A stretch of 64,000 nt of DNA from Opitutus sp. GAS368 (GTDB lineage: Bacteria > Verrucomicrobiota > Verrucomicrobiia > Opitutales > Opitutaceae): positions 32,001 to 96,000 of the forward strand of contig CAMAVZ010000002.1 in the NCBI GenBank assembly GCA_945861645.1. The letters run 5' to 3'. A program made the translations under genes and the position numbers. Numbering within the stretch: position 1 is the first letter of the stretch; every line of letters begins with the position of its first letter. Shown in pieces: positions 9,946 to 19,708 of the stretch. Below the pieces are notes generated by a model. That model did no database searches and had not been told where the DNA came from. It saw only the letters and a program-made list of their open reading frames with translations.

Positions 9946-10743
9946 TTAGCCTCCAGCTAAATAAGCCTCCATCGCCTCGCGCGTCAGCCGATGACCAGCG
10001 GCACAACGCGGACATTCCACGCGGATCGATTCCGCCTCGCCAAAAATACCCACGGGATCCGCGCGAAAAGCGGGGGCGATCGCGCCCAGAATTTTTGATT
10101 GAGTGCAACCGCAGTGCCAGCGGTAGAGCCGCTGCTCAATCCGCGTCACGATTTCAGCCGGGGCCAGCGCGCTGAGGCCCGCTGACGCGACGGCGTTAAA
10201 CCAAGGCGCATCATAGTCAGGATGTGAGACGAGCAGCGCATACTCATCGTTCCCGAGGTGAAAATAACGCACCGGGCATTGTTCACTTTGAGCATAATAA
10301 TCCGTGGCCGCGAGCAACGGATCATTCCCAATAAAATTAATCACGCTCCGCCGAGTCTCCGCGCCGCGGCGCGGCACATGGTCGCTGTAGAAGGTATTGT
10401 GCGCGGCGACCTTAACATTTTCCGTAAAAAGCCGCCCGGTGATCGTGCAGTCCTCGTTATCCATCGCGAGAAACACATTGAGCCGCGGCGCTTGAAAATT
10501 AAGCGACCAAGCCAAGTGCCCATGCAGCGGTCGCGCCGCGGCATGCAGCACACCCGCCACGAGCGCCTCTTTAAAAATCGCCGCCTGCTCCGGCGAGTAC
10601 CGCAAATGCTGGTCCGCCAGATGCAGATAATAATCCGTAAACAAAGGGGTTAAGTCTGCCCGTACGAGCAGCACATTGCGGTGACGGATAAAATCCACCG
10701 TGACAACGGCACCTGAATCGGTCGCTAACTGGTCTGGCGGCAT
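9946..10743 (-). CDS. hslO: Hsp33 family redox-regulated chaperone
   Basis: C-terminal zinc switch CGC...CPRC (CxC...CxxC); start moved to ATG 10743. Confidence 0.75.
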   Translation of the reverse strand: MPPDQLATDSGAVVTVDFIRHRNVLLVRADLTPLFTDYYLHLADQHLRYSPEQAAIFKEALVAGVLHAAARPLHGHLAWSLNFQAPRLNVFLAMDNEDCTITGRLFTENVKVAAHNTFYSDHVPRRGAETRRSVINFIGNDPLLAATDYYAQSEQCPVRYFHLGNDEYALLVSHPDYDAPWFNAVASAGLSALAPAEIVTRIEQRLYRWHCGCTQSKILGAIAPAFRADPVGIFGEAESIRVECPRCAAGHRLTREAMEAYLAGG

Positions 10744-10863
10744 CCCACCCAGTGTATGAATAATTCCTGAATGTCCAGCGAGGGTCGTGCTCGCACCTAA
10801 GCAGGTTAACTGACCGAAAGAGCGCAACCTTGGGGCCCCTCTGCGCGCCAGCCATTAGCTCCG

Positions 10864-11466
10864 TCAGTTCGCCTTAATCACACCCTTGCTCTGCAGCTTC
10901 TTTACCTTGGGCTTAATCACGAAAGTACAGTAACCGGCATTGGGATTCTGGTTAAAATAATTCTGGTGATAGTCTTCGGCGCGCCAAAATTTCTTGAGCG
11001 GGACAATCTGAGTCACAATGGCGTCACGATAGCTGGCTTGCGCCGCCTGCTGCGCGCGTTGGGCCACTCGGTGCTGCGCCTCATTATGGAAAAATATGAC
11101 CGAGCGATATTGGTCACCGTGATCAGCTCCCTGCCGATTGAGTGTGGTGGGATCGTGCGCCTCAAAGAAAATCTCGAGTAATTTTTCGTAACTGATGATC
11201 GCAGGGCTAAACTCCACTTGGATGACTTCAGCGTGACCCGAGCCATGACTGCAAATATCCTCGTAAGTTGGGTTTTCGGTTTTTCCGCCCGAATATCCAC
11301 TGACACTGTGCCGCACCCCAGGAACGCGCTGAAATACCGCCTCTATGCACCAGAAACATCCGCCTCCCATCGTCGCAAATTCGGTGGAGGACGCCGCGGG
11401 GGATTGAGCTGAAATATTCATAGCAGAAAAAACAAAACCGAAGGCAAGGAGTGCGCGAAGTTTCAT
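10864..11466 (-). CDS. msrA: Peptide methionine sulfoxide reductase MsrA with signal peptide
   Basis: GGGCFWC active site, AEDYHQNYF...GYC; N-terminal Sec signal. Confidence 0.95.
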   Translation of the reverse strand: MKLRALLAFGFVFSAMNISAQSPAASSTEFATMGGGCFWCIEAVFQRVPGVRHSVSGYSGGKTENPTYEDICSHGSGHAEVIQVEFSPAIISYEKLLEIFFEAHDPTTLNRQGADHGDQYRSVIFFHNEAQHRVAQRAQQAAQASYRDAIVTQIVPLKKFWRAEDYHQNYFNQNPNAGYCTFVIKPKVKKLQSKGVIKAN

Positions 11467-11602
11467 TATTAGGCCACTAGGCTAGTCCATTATCGCGCCG
11501 AATCAACCCGCGAGGTTATTTATTCCGTAAATCTTGTCCCTGAGCGGCAACCGTGATTACTTCTTACAAGGCCCCCTTTAATTTCACGACCCGCGGCTAT
11601 CT

Positions 11603-11980
11603 ATGGAAGACTCACGCATCGATAAATGGCTCTGGAGCGTACGGGTTTTCAAGACTCGTCCCCTCGCGATGGAAGCATGTCGCCTCGGCAAGGTTCTCAT
11701 GGGCGAAGTCGCCGCCAAACCCAGCCGAGACCTTCGTATCGGCGATACGGTCACCATTCACCTCGGGACAATCACCCGCACCCTGAAAGTTACCGCGCTG
11801 CCGCCCTCCCGCGTTGCCGCCAAACAGCTCCCCGAATTTATCACCGACCTCACCCCACCGGCTGAATACGCCCGGGCTAAACAAGCCGCCCTCGAGCATC
11901 AACTTGCCCGCCAGCGCGGCCTCGGCCGACCGACCAAAAAAGAGCGGCGCGATATGTCGGACCTTTTCGGCTTTGATTAA
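11603..11980 (+). CDS. hslR: Ribosome-associated heat shock protein Hsp15 (S4 domain)
   Basis: RIDKWLWSVRVFKTR and GRPTKKERR. Confidence 0.9.
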   Translation: MEDSRIDKWLWSVRVFKTRPLAMEACRLGKVLMGEVAAKPSRDLRIGDTVTIHLGTITRTLKVTALPPSRVAAKQLPEFITDLTPPAEYARAKQAALEHQLARQRGLGRPTKKERRDMSDLFGFD

Positions 11981-12023
11981 AACTCAACGACCGCGCGCCT
12001 GCACAAAGCAAGCTTACGCCCGC

Positions 12024-13709
12024 TTAGCGCGTTAATTTACGGTACTTGATCCGATGCGGCTGATCGGCATCGCGGCCCTTTCGCTTCTTAAAATCCTCGA
12101 GGTAACTGGTATAGTTGCCCGCGAACCAATGCACGTGGCTATCGCCCTCAAAGGCCATGATATGGGTCGCGACTCGGTCGAGAAACCAGCGATCGTGGGA
12201 GATAATAACTGCGCAACCGGCAAAAGTTTCCAGCGCTTCCTCCAATGCGCGAATGGAATTCACATCGAGGTCATTGGTGGGCTCGTCGAGCAGCAGTAGA
12301 TTAGCTTCACTCTTAAGGACGCGGGCCAACAAAACTCGATTGCGCTCGCCCCCAGAAAGCACGCCAACTTTCTTTTGTTGATCCGCTCCGGTGAAGCCAA
12401 ATTGCGCGCAATAGGCGCGACTATTTACACCGCGCGAGCCAAGCGTCATGATTTCTTGGCCGTCGCTGATCACTTCCCAAATCGTCTTGTTACCCTCCAG
12501 CGAATCGCGCGATTGCGCGACGTAGGCAGTTTTTACCGTTTCCCCCACGCGAAAGGCGCCCGCATCGGGCTGTTCTAAATTAGTAATCAATTTAAATAAC
12601 GTCGTCTTGCCGGCACCGTTCGGGCCGATAATGCCGACGATCCCCCCAGGCGGCAGCGAAAAATTAAGCCGATCAAAGAGTAAATTATCACCATACCCCT
12701 TGGCTACTTGCTGTGCCTCGACCACGAGCGCGCCTAGCCGAGGGCCGGGCGGAATAATGATCTCAAAAAGTTTTTCCTGCTCAGCCACATCCGCATTGAG
12801 CATCTGCTCATAAGCGTTGATGCGGGCTTGGCCCTTAGATTGGCGCGCCCGGGCTCCTTGCCTAATCCAAGCCAACTCACGCGCCATGGCCTTCTGCCGC
12901 TTGCTCTCGGTGCGTTCCGCCACCACCGCCATCGCCTGCTTTTGCTCCAGCCATGACGAATAATTTCCCTTAAAAGGCAGGCCCGATCCGTGATCAAGCT
13001 CCAGAATCCAACCGGCGACATTATCCAGAAAATAGCGATCATGCGTGACCGCGATGACGGTGCCTTCGTAACGACTCAAATGCTGCTCGAGCCAATTAAC
13101 CGAATCGGCATCGAGGTGATTAGTCGGTTCGTCCAGCAGCAAGATCGAGGGTTTTTGTAACAGTAAACGGGCCAGCGCAACACGCCGACGCTCACCACCG
13201 GAGAGATGATCAACCATCGCCGCCGCTGAGGGACAGCGTAGCGCGTCCATCGCCTGCTCAATGAGGGGCGCGACATCCCAGGCGCCGAGGTGGTCAATCT
13301 TCTCCTGCAGCTTCGCTTGTTTTTCAGAAATAGCATCCTTGGCCGCATCGTCTTCCGCCGCGGAGAGTTCATCCCAACTCGCATCATAGGCGGCGGTCAG
13401 ATCCGTGAGGTGTTTGACGCCCTCCTCAACGCAGGCTCGCACCGTAGACCCTGGGGTGAGCGCTGGCTCCTGTTGCAAAAAGCCAACCGTGTAGCCCGGC
13501 TCAAAGTGCACGCGACCTTCAATGTCGGTATCAATCCCCGCGAGAATCCGCATCAACGAAGATTTGCCGGAACCGTTCAGACCGAGCACGCCGATCTTGG
13601 CGCCGTAATAAAAAGAGAGCGAGATGTCGCGGAGGATTTCCTTGCGCTCGATTTTTTTCGAGACGCCAAGCATCGAGAAGATAATCTTGGGGGCTTCCGG
13701 AGTGGCCAT
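12024..13709 (-). CDS. ettA: Energy-dependent translational throttle ABC-F protein EttA
   Basis: Two ABC cassettes, ISLSFYYGAKIGVLGLNG, RELAWIRQ linker, RIKYRKL C-terminus; start moved to 13709. Confidence 0.95.
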   Translation of the reverse strand: MATPEAPKIIFSMLGVSKKIERKEILRDISLSFYYGAKIGVLGLNGSGKSSLMRILAGIDTDIEGRVHFEPGYTVGFLQQEPALTPGSTVRACVEEGVKHLTDLTAAYDASWDELSAAEDDAAKDAISEKQAKLQEKIDHLGAWDVAPLIEQAMDALRCPSAAAMVDHLSGGERRRVALARLLLQKPSILLLDEPTNHLDADSVNWLEQHLSRYEGTVIAVTHDRYFLDNVAGWILELDHGSGLPFKGNYSSWLEQKQAMAVVAERTESKRQKAMARELAWIRQGARARQSKGQARINAYEQMLNADVAEQEKLFEIIIPPGPRLGALVVEAQQVAKGYGDNLLFDRLNFSLPPGGIVGIIGPNGAGKTTLFKLITNLEQPDAGAFRVGETVKTAYVAQSRDSLEGNKTIWEVISDGQEIMTLGSRGVNSRAYCAQFGFTGADQQKKVGVLSGGERNRVLLARVLKSEANLLLLDEPTNDLDVNSIRALEEALETFAGCAVIISHDRWFLDRVATHIMAFEGDSHVHWFAGNYTSYLEDFKKRKGRDADQPHRIKYRKLTR

Positions 13710-13848
13710 GGAAAGAAAAGCTGGGCGTTGATCGCCAAGAGTCGAGCGCAAGAAAAAATCAGCTAAAAGCCCCCGCGACTATGGTCCAGCCCTCGCCCCA
13801 ACTGGCCGCGGAGCGGTCCGGCACCGCGGCGGCAGTCACCCCATTTGC

Positions 13849-15207
13849 TCAGACCTCATAAAGGTGCAGCGGCACCGGATCGATAATTTTGGCTTTGGGC
13901 AATTGCTCGGCCAGTTGGGACTTGAACCAATCGCGGGCATCGGGATCCCCATGCGTCAGCACCACGCACCGCGCTTTGGTTTGCACGGCAAATTCCAAGA
14001 GCTCGCCCCGCTCCGCATGGCCGCTCAACTCAAAGCGCTCCACGCGAGCCTTAACCTTTGTCTTAACATCGAGGGCCGAAAACAAGAAATTGGCCCCCGG
14101 CTTGGTGGCCAATAATTTTCCGCCCGGCGTGTCCGGATCACAATAACCGACAAAGCCAATCGTGTTATGGGCGTGACCCAACAAGCCCGAAGCGAGCGCA
14201 TAACTTGGCGTGCGCTCCACCAACATACCGGAGCTAACAATATAAAGCCCCTTTTGGTGTGGCTCTTGGCCCGGGGTAATTTTGCGCGGCAACTTACCCA
14301 GTTTGAGGTCCTTCAAAATTCGCCGATCAAATTGCACGTCTTTCGTTTTCCGCGATACTTCATCAAATAATTCGGAGAGCCCGATGCCGAGGCCGCCCGC
14401 AAACATCGGGCAATCTATCAACCGACCGAAGCGGCGCGCATCGTGAAAGACGGCGAGCAATTCTTGCATCCGGCCCAGCGCAAAGACGGGCAACAAAAAG
14501 GAACCGCCGTTTGCAATCGTATCGTTAATGGAGTCGATCAGCCGCGCGATTTCATGCACGCGCTCCTTGCCGTAAGCGCGCTCCGTCATGCCGCGCGTGG
14601 TCTCGATGATCAGAGTATCAAAATGGCCAATCGGGAAGTGCGCCCCCTTCAGTGTGCGGAGATGCTCGAACAATACATCGCCGGTCAGGAATATTTTCCG
14701 CAACCCGTGATGGATTTCGACCGCCGTGGCTCCCGCCACATGACCCGATGGGTGAAACATGAGCTCGATCTCGGTGCGCTTGCCTTTGATTTTTTTGATC
14801 TTCTTGAAATCAAGTCCGTTAAAACGATGCACGAGGCCCTCAATTTCTTGATGGGTAAAAAGCGGGTAGCCGGGGATATTATTCTCCTCTTTTTGCTTCT
14901 GCATCACGTTCGCCGAATTATGCAGCATCTTTTCAATCAACAGGCGACTCGACTGCGTCAGGAGCACGGGGGTCTTGGGGTGTTGGCGCATCACGACGGG
15001 GAGACCACCAATATGATCCAAATGACAATGCGTGATGATGATCAGGTCGAGATGGACGTCGCGCAGTAATTTTAGATCGGGTAAGGCGCCGAGCCCAGGC
15101 GTCTTAGGATTTAGTCCGCAGTCGACTAAAATATTCAAATCGCCGATCTGCAAAAGCAGTGAGTTGGCGCCAATACCGCCTTGGCGGTTGAGATCGGTGA
15201 GTTTCAT
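13849..15207 (-). CDS. Metallo-beta-lactamase / beta-CASP ribonuclease (CPSF73-like)
   Basis: THCHLDH, SGHVAG, TGD, PVFALGRMQE, SSGML, SGHA, HGD motifs. Confidence 0.85.
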   Translation of the reverse strand: MKLTDLNRQGGIGANSLLLQIGDLNILVDCGLNPKTPGLGALPDLKLLRDVHLDLIIITHCHLDHIGGLPVVMRQHPKTPVLLTQSSRLLIEKMLHNSANVMQKQKEENNIPGYPLFTHQEIEGLVHRFNGLDFKKIKKIKGKRTEIELMFHPSGHVAGATAVEIHHGLRKIFLTGDVLFEHLRTLKGAHFPIGHFDTLIIETTRGMTERAYGKERVHEIARLIDSINDTIANGGSFLLPVFALGRMQELLAVFHDARRFGRLIDCPMFAGGLGIGLSELFDEVSRKTKDVQFDRRILKDLKLGKLPRKITPGQEPHQKGLYIVSSGMLVERTPSYALASGLLGHAHNTIGFVGYCDPDTPGGKLLATKPGANFLFSALDVKTKVKARVERFELSGHAERGELLEFAVQTKARCVVLTHGDPDARDWFKSQLAEQLPKAKIIDPVPLHLYEV

Positions 15208-15300
15208 GAGATGGAACCCGCCATGGAGAGGCGCCAACTCCCCGCAAGCAAGCCCCCAGTTTTTATGTAAAAAGCTAAAGCGCTGAGGGGGCTGAGCAGG

Positions 15301-16515
15301 CTAGGCCAACGCCGGATTCACTGGGCGGGCGTTACGGGGCAACGCCATCGAGATGCAGCCGGCCGCCAGGACAAAGCTGCAGGCCCCCCACAAGCAGCCG
15401 AATATTCCTGCCCACTGATATAATACGCCAGAAAGGAGGCAGCCCACGAGTCGGCCGCCAGCATTGGCCATATAATAAAAACCCACGTTGAGGGCCACTT
15501 TATCGCCATCAGTGTAATCGAGAATCAGATAGGAATGCACGGCAGAGTTAAGAGCGAAAATCACTCCAAAAATTGATAGCCCACTGACAACCACCCAACC
15601 AGCCGGTGCGCCGAGAGTCAAAGCGAGGGGCACTCCTGCCGATACTGCCGCGAGCATAAAGGCCAAAACTAAAGCCGCGCCTCCCGCTGGGGCCCGCCCT
15701 CGCCAAAAAACCGGTGAGGCACCCTGCACCAAGCCATAGCCGATAACCCAAAAGGCCATGAAGGTGCCGACCTCGGTAAAACTCCACCCCAGCACACTGC
15801 GCAGAAAAACGGGCACGCCGACGACGAACCAAATGTCGCGCGCTCCGAAAAGAAAAAATCGCGCCGCGCAGAGCAGGTTAATTTCGTGACTTTTTGCCAA
15901 CAGCTCTTTAAAGCCCGCTCTGACTTTCGCCTTACCTAGTTCTGCTGGCAGCGAAACCCACGCGCCAATCCACACCAGGGCCAGTGCGCCAGCCATGATT
16001 TCCAGGGCCCCAGCAAATCCGGCCAGGGTGAGCAGAAACCCGCCGAGGAAAAACCCCACGCCTTTCAGGGCATTTTTCGAACCCGTCAGCAAGGCCACCC
16101 AGCGAAAGAGCATACCCTGAGCCCCGACCGGAACCAGCAGCTTGATTGCGCTCTTGGAACTCATCTTGGTCAAATCCTTCGCGATGCCTGACAGGGCCTG
16201 CGTTGCCATTACGTAGGCGACCGACCACCCTTCTGGCCAAGCCGGATTCAGCCGCGCGAGCAAGCCTAGCGCTGCCACCTGCAACGCCAAGCCCGCGATC
16301 AGCGTCACGCGCAGCCCAAGCCGACTCGCGAGCCAACCTCCGAACAAATTAGTCAGGATACCGCAAAACTCATAGAGCAGAAACAGCAAGGCTAGCGTCA
16401 CCGGACTATAGCCAAGATGAGAAAAATGCAGCAACACGAGCATGCGCAGCGCCCCATCTGTCAGCGTAAATCCCCAGTAGGCGCCGGTGACAAAAATGTA
16501 ATTACGGATGTTCAT
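15301..16515 (-). CDS. arsJ: Organoarsenical efflux MFS transporter ArsJ
   Basis: YWGFTLTDGALRMLVL, KDLTKMSSKSAIK, LTGSKNALKG, VGFYYMANAGGRL; follows a GAPDH gene. Confidence 0.95.
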   Translation of the reverse strand: MNIRNYIFVTGAYWGFTLTDGALRMLVLLHFSHLGYSPVTLALLFLLYEFCGILTNLFGGWLASRLGLRVTLIAGLALQVAALGLLARLNPAWPEGWSVAYVMATQALSGIAKDLTKMSSKSAIKLLVPVGAQGMLFRWVALLTGSKNALKGVGFFLGGFLLTLAGFAGALEIMAGALALVWIGAWVSLPAELGKAKVRAGFKELLAKSHEINLLCAARFFLFGARDIWFVVGVPVFLRSVLGWSFTEVGTFMAFWVIGYGLVQGASPVFWRGRAPAGGAALVLAFMLAAVSAGVPLALTLGAPAGWVVVSGLSIFGVIFALNSAVHSYLILDYTDGDKVALNVGFYYMANAGGRLVGCLLSGVLYQWAGIFGCLWGACSFVLAAGCISMALPRNARPVNPALA

Positions 16516-16532
16516 GCAGACCAGCGATCAGC

Positions 16533-17561
16533 TTACGCCCCCAGTGATTGCGCGACTTTGCGGGCCAGTTCGGCCATTCGATTAGCATAACCCCACTCGT
16601 TATCATACCATGCGTAAATTTTTACGAGGCGCCGGTTCACCACCATCGTGGACAAAGCATCAATCGTCGCAGAGGCTGGGTTGCCCTTAAAATCAATCGA
16701 GACCAGCGGCCGAGTCTCATAATCAAGGATACCTTTTAGCGGAGCGATTTCGCTGGCGGCTTTAAGCAGGGCATTCACCTCTTCGGCTGTGGTGTCACGC
16801 TTCACTTGAAAAACACAATCGGTGAGCGATCCAGTCAGCAGCGGCACGCGGATAGCGTGCCCGTTGAGCTTGCCCAGCAACTCCGGATAAATAAGACCGA
16901 TGGCGGTCGCGCTACCGGTGGTGGTCGGGATCAGGGAGAGGCCAGCGGCTCGGGCGCGACGCAGATCCTTGTGGGGCGCATCGATGATGGTCTGGGTGTT
17001 GGTCGCATCGTGCACGGTGGTAATTGCCCCATGCTCGATGCCCAAACCTTCGTGGATTACCTTTACAACTGGGGCGAGGCAGTTGGTCGTACACGAGGCG
17101 GCGGTGAGCAGTCGGTGCTTAGCGGAATCGTAGAGGTTGTCGTTAACCCCCATCACGATATTCAAGCTATCCCCGCCTTTAACTGGTGCCGCAACGATCA
17201 CCTTTGAAACACCCCGCTCGAAATAAGGCGCCAGTTGTTCTGGCGTGCGAAACTTGCCGGAGCACTCGAGCACCAGATCAACCCCATAGTCAGACCACGG
17301 CACTTCACCGGGCTTGGGGTGACCCGTGACGCGTATAGGGGTTGGCTCAGTTCCGACGCGAAAGGCGGCCCCCTCGGCCGTCGCAACGTGAGCCCAGCGC
17401 CCCTGCACGGAGTCAAAATTCAGCAAATGAGCGCACGTGGCGGCATCAGCCTTAGGGTCATTGACCAGCACCCATTCAAATTCCGGCCAATGGGCGGCCG
17501 CGCGAAAAACTAGCCGACCGATACGACCAAATCCGTTAATCCCTATTCGCATTTTTTTCAT
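16533..17561 (-). CDS. ArsJ-associated glyceraldehyde-3-phosphate dehydrogenase
   Basis: [29 protein letters not shown]; between arsR and arsJ. Confidence 0.92.
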   Translation of the reverse strand: MKKMRIGINGFGRIGRLVFRAAAHWPEFEWVLVNDPKADAATCAHLLNFDSVQGRWAHVATAEGAAFRVGTEPTPIRVTGHPKPGEVPWSDYGVDLVLECSGKFRTPEQLAPYFERGVSKVIVAAPVKGGDSLNIVMGVNDNLYDSAKHRLLTAASCTTNCLAPVVKVIHEGLGIEHGAITTVHDATNTQTIIDAPHKDLRRARAAGLSLIPTTTGSATAIGLIYPELLGKLNGHAIRVPLLTGSLTDCVFQVKRDTTAEEVNALLKAASEIAPLKGILDYETRPLVSIDFKGNPASATIDALSTMVVNRRLVKIYAWYDNEWGYANRMAELARKVAQSLGA

Positions 17562-17568
17562 AGATTAA

Positions 17569-17982
17569 TCAACCACAGCCACTGCGGCGACCCAGGACGG
17601 AGCCAGTCGCCCCGCCCCCTAACCGAACGGGCCCGCAACCGCCCAGCCCCCGCGCGACTAAAAATGGCGCCAATTTTGTGAGCCGTGCCCGGTCGCGCAT
17701 AAACAACGGGACGTCGTCCACGCATTTTTCAAGACAGGCTAAGTTGACCTGGAAAGTAGGCGAAGGCTTGGCGGGTAGCATGTAGATCACCCAGTTGCCT
17801 TGGCGCCGACATTGCACTAAACCGCGGGCCCGCAGATAAGCTAAATGCTTGGAGATCTTTACCTGCGGCTCCCCTAGAATTGTTTGAAAATGACAAACAC
17901 AGAGCGGTCCAGGCATCAGCAAATGCAACACCCGCAAGCGCGTTAAATCCTGCAGGCTTTGGTAAATTTTTACTAATTCCAC
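17569..17982 (-). CDS. arsR: ArsR/SmtB family repressor
   Basis: TRLRVL, LCVCHF As(III) site, ISKHLAYLR HTH; GTG start at 17982 (ORF from 17988). Confidence 0.85.
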   Translation of the reverse strand: MELVKIYQSLQDLTRLRVLHLLMPGPLCVCHFQTILGEPQVKISKHLAYLRARGLVQCRRQGNWVIYMLPAKPSPTFQVNLACLEKCVDDVPLFMRDRARLTKLAPFLVARGLGGCGPVRLGGGATGSVLGRRSGCG

Positions 17983-17989
17983 CCCCAAT

Positions 17990-18013
17990 CTATATTCTCA
18001 TACAAGAATATAG
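17990..18013. promoter_or_regulatory. Probable ArsR operator (9-6-9 inverted repeat)
   Basis: CTATATTCT-catACA-AGAATATAG perfect inverted repeat just upstream of arsR, next to a minus-strand TTGAGC -35-like hexamer. Confidence 0.7.
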
Positions 18014-18082
18014 CTCAAGTCAGAATATCGGGCGTTACCGCAATGTAACTTCCAGCTTTTCACTTAAACCCCAACCACCACC

Positions 18083-18454
18083 TCAGATGTGCTTAGAATC
18101 GGCTTCGTCTTTTTTGACGTAACCACTTTCCTGCCGTTGGTGATTAACGGCATTTTTCTTAAGATATGCTTGGTAAACATCGTCCGGCGTCATGCCGAGG
18201 GTCTGCGCCAGCGACACCAGAAAGTGGAAAAGATCGACGACTTCTACCTTAGCGTTCTGCTCGTCAAATTTCTGATACTTCGCCCACCACTTCCAAGGCA
18301 CACTATCAATCAGCTCGGCCGTTTCTTGCTGCATGGCACGAGTGTAATTGAGGATCCACTTCGCCTTTTCTTCGTCAGTGGGCGGGGGTAAATTCACTCC
18401 AATGCGCTTATTAAGCGCATCTTGCATACGAAAAATTTCCTCGAGTTTGTCCAT
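18083..18454 (-). CDS. Dimeric (all-alpha) dUTPase / MazG-like NTP pyrophosphatase
   Basis: QETAELIDSVPWKWW, KVEVVDLFHF, YLKKNAVNHQRQ motifs. Confidence 0.85.
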   Translation of the reverse strand: MDKLEEIFRMQDALNKRIGVNLPPPTDEEKAKWILNYTRAMQQETAELIDSVPWKWWAKYQKFDEQNAKVEVVDLFHFLVSLAQTLGMTPDDVYQAYLKKNAVNHQRQESGYVKKDEADSKHI

Positions 18455-18645
18455 GATGACTAACTTGAGCGCCACTTCCCCCTCTGGCAAGCCCGTCGCC
18501 CAGGAAAAATTAAGTTGCCCTGCTAGGGTGTATCCGCGACATTAACTAGCTATTGCCGCTGTTGAGCGAGATTTTCGAGCTCCAGCTGGCATCAACAACC
18601 CTGCGCCGCCACTCTTGGCAGGCGCTTACAACCAACAACATAGAC

Positions 18646-19581
18646 ATGTCATCCACAGAATCGTCCAATGCTCCGGCCGAAGCATCTGCGACCACCCCGG
18701 CGTCAAACGCCGAGTCCTCCTTCGGCTCCACGCGCGGCTCTGGCCTAGCCCGCGGGAAAGCTAAGCGTTCGAGTGCCCCTGCTGCCGCTACCGCGGCGTC
18801 TGCCGCGTACACCCCGACCGCAATTGCGGTCGTGACCGCTCCGCGTGAATACCAAAATCCGTTCGCCCCGGTGGAAACACCCGTGGCTGTAACTGAGTCC
18901 GCTGCCCCTGTCGCCCCCGCGCCAGTTGCTGCTGCTCCCGTTGCCCCTGTCAAAGCCCCTGCCGCGGTTATTGCCGCCCCCGTCCAAGTCGCCAACGAAG
19001 AGCCTGCGGAATTAAATATTCTCGAGCCCGAACAGCAGAAAACCGCGCCGGCCCAAACTTGGGAAAGCGAGGGATTCCGACCTGCCCGTGAGTCGCGCAA
19101 TGATCGTCCTCGGCGGGAAGAAGCCCGCCGCGAAGAACCTCGGCGCGCCGCAAGCCCCGCCCAAGAGCCGTTTGATCCAGCCTCGATTCCCGAGAAATTC
19201 ATCTACGTGCGTCCCGGCTACAATTATGTGCCCACACCGTCTAACTTCGGTGGGGCCCCACGCGAGAATCGCTCGACTCGTCCCGCCGCGCCGGATGCTT
19301 CCACAGCTCCACGCAGCCCCGCGCCGGCCCCATCGCGGGGATTTTTCAGCTGGCTGAAATCTCTCTTCACGAGTTCCTCCAGCACCTCGGCTTCTGCCGC
19401 GGCGCCATCAGGGGATCGCGCCTACAACCGCAACCGCGGTGATCGCGGGCGCAGTTCCCATGGTGGCAGCGGTGGTGGTGATGGCCAACGCCGCCGCAGT
19501 CGCGGGGGTCGCGGTCGGAGCCAATCCCGCGGTGACTATCGTGGCGGTGGCGACCAAGGCTCGAGTCAGGGCGGCATCTAA
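18646..19581 (+). CDS. Hypothetical intrinsically disordered Ala/Pro/Arg-rich protein
   Basis: Low-complexity ORF with an amphipathic segment (GFFSWLKSLF) and Arg/Gly-rich tail, followed by its own terminator. Confidence 0.7.
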   Translation: MSSTESSNAPAEASATTPASNAESSFGSTRGSGLARGKAKRSSAPAAATAASAAYTPTAIAVVTAPREYQNPFAPVETPVAVTESAAPVAPAPVAAAPVAPVKAPAAVIAAPVQVANEEPAELNILEPEQQKTAPAQTWESEGFRPARESRNDRPRREEARREEPRRAASPAQEPFDPASIPEKFIYVRPGYNYVPTPSNFGGAPRENRSTRPAAPDASTAPRSPAPAPSRGFFSWLKSLFTSSSSTSASAAAPSGDRAYNRNRGDRGRSSHGGSGGGDGQRRRSRGGRGRSQSRGDYRGGGDQGSSQGGI

Positions 19582-19624
19582 AGCCACTTAACTCTTGCCA
19601 ACGCGCCCCGCGCGAATCGCATTC

Positions 19625-19655
19625 AAAGCGTCTGCCTTACGGTAGACGCTTTTTT
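19625..19655 (+). terminator. Rho-independent terminator
   Basis: AAAGCGTCTGCC-ttac-GGTAGACGCTTT followed by a T run. Confidence 0.85.
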
Positions 19656-19708
19656 ATTGTCGCTGACCGCAGCGCGTCACGTTCAACTCGCAATTCTACT
19701 CTCACCCG

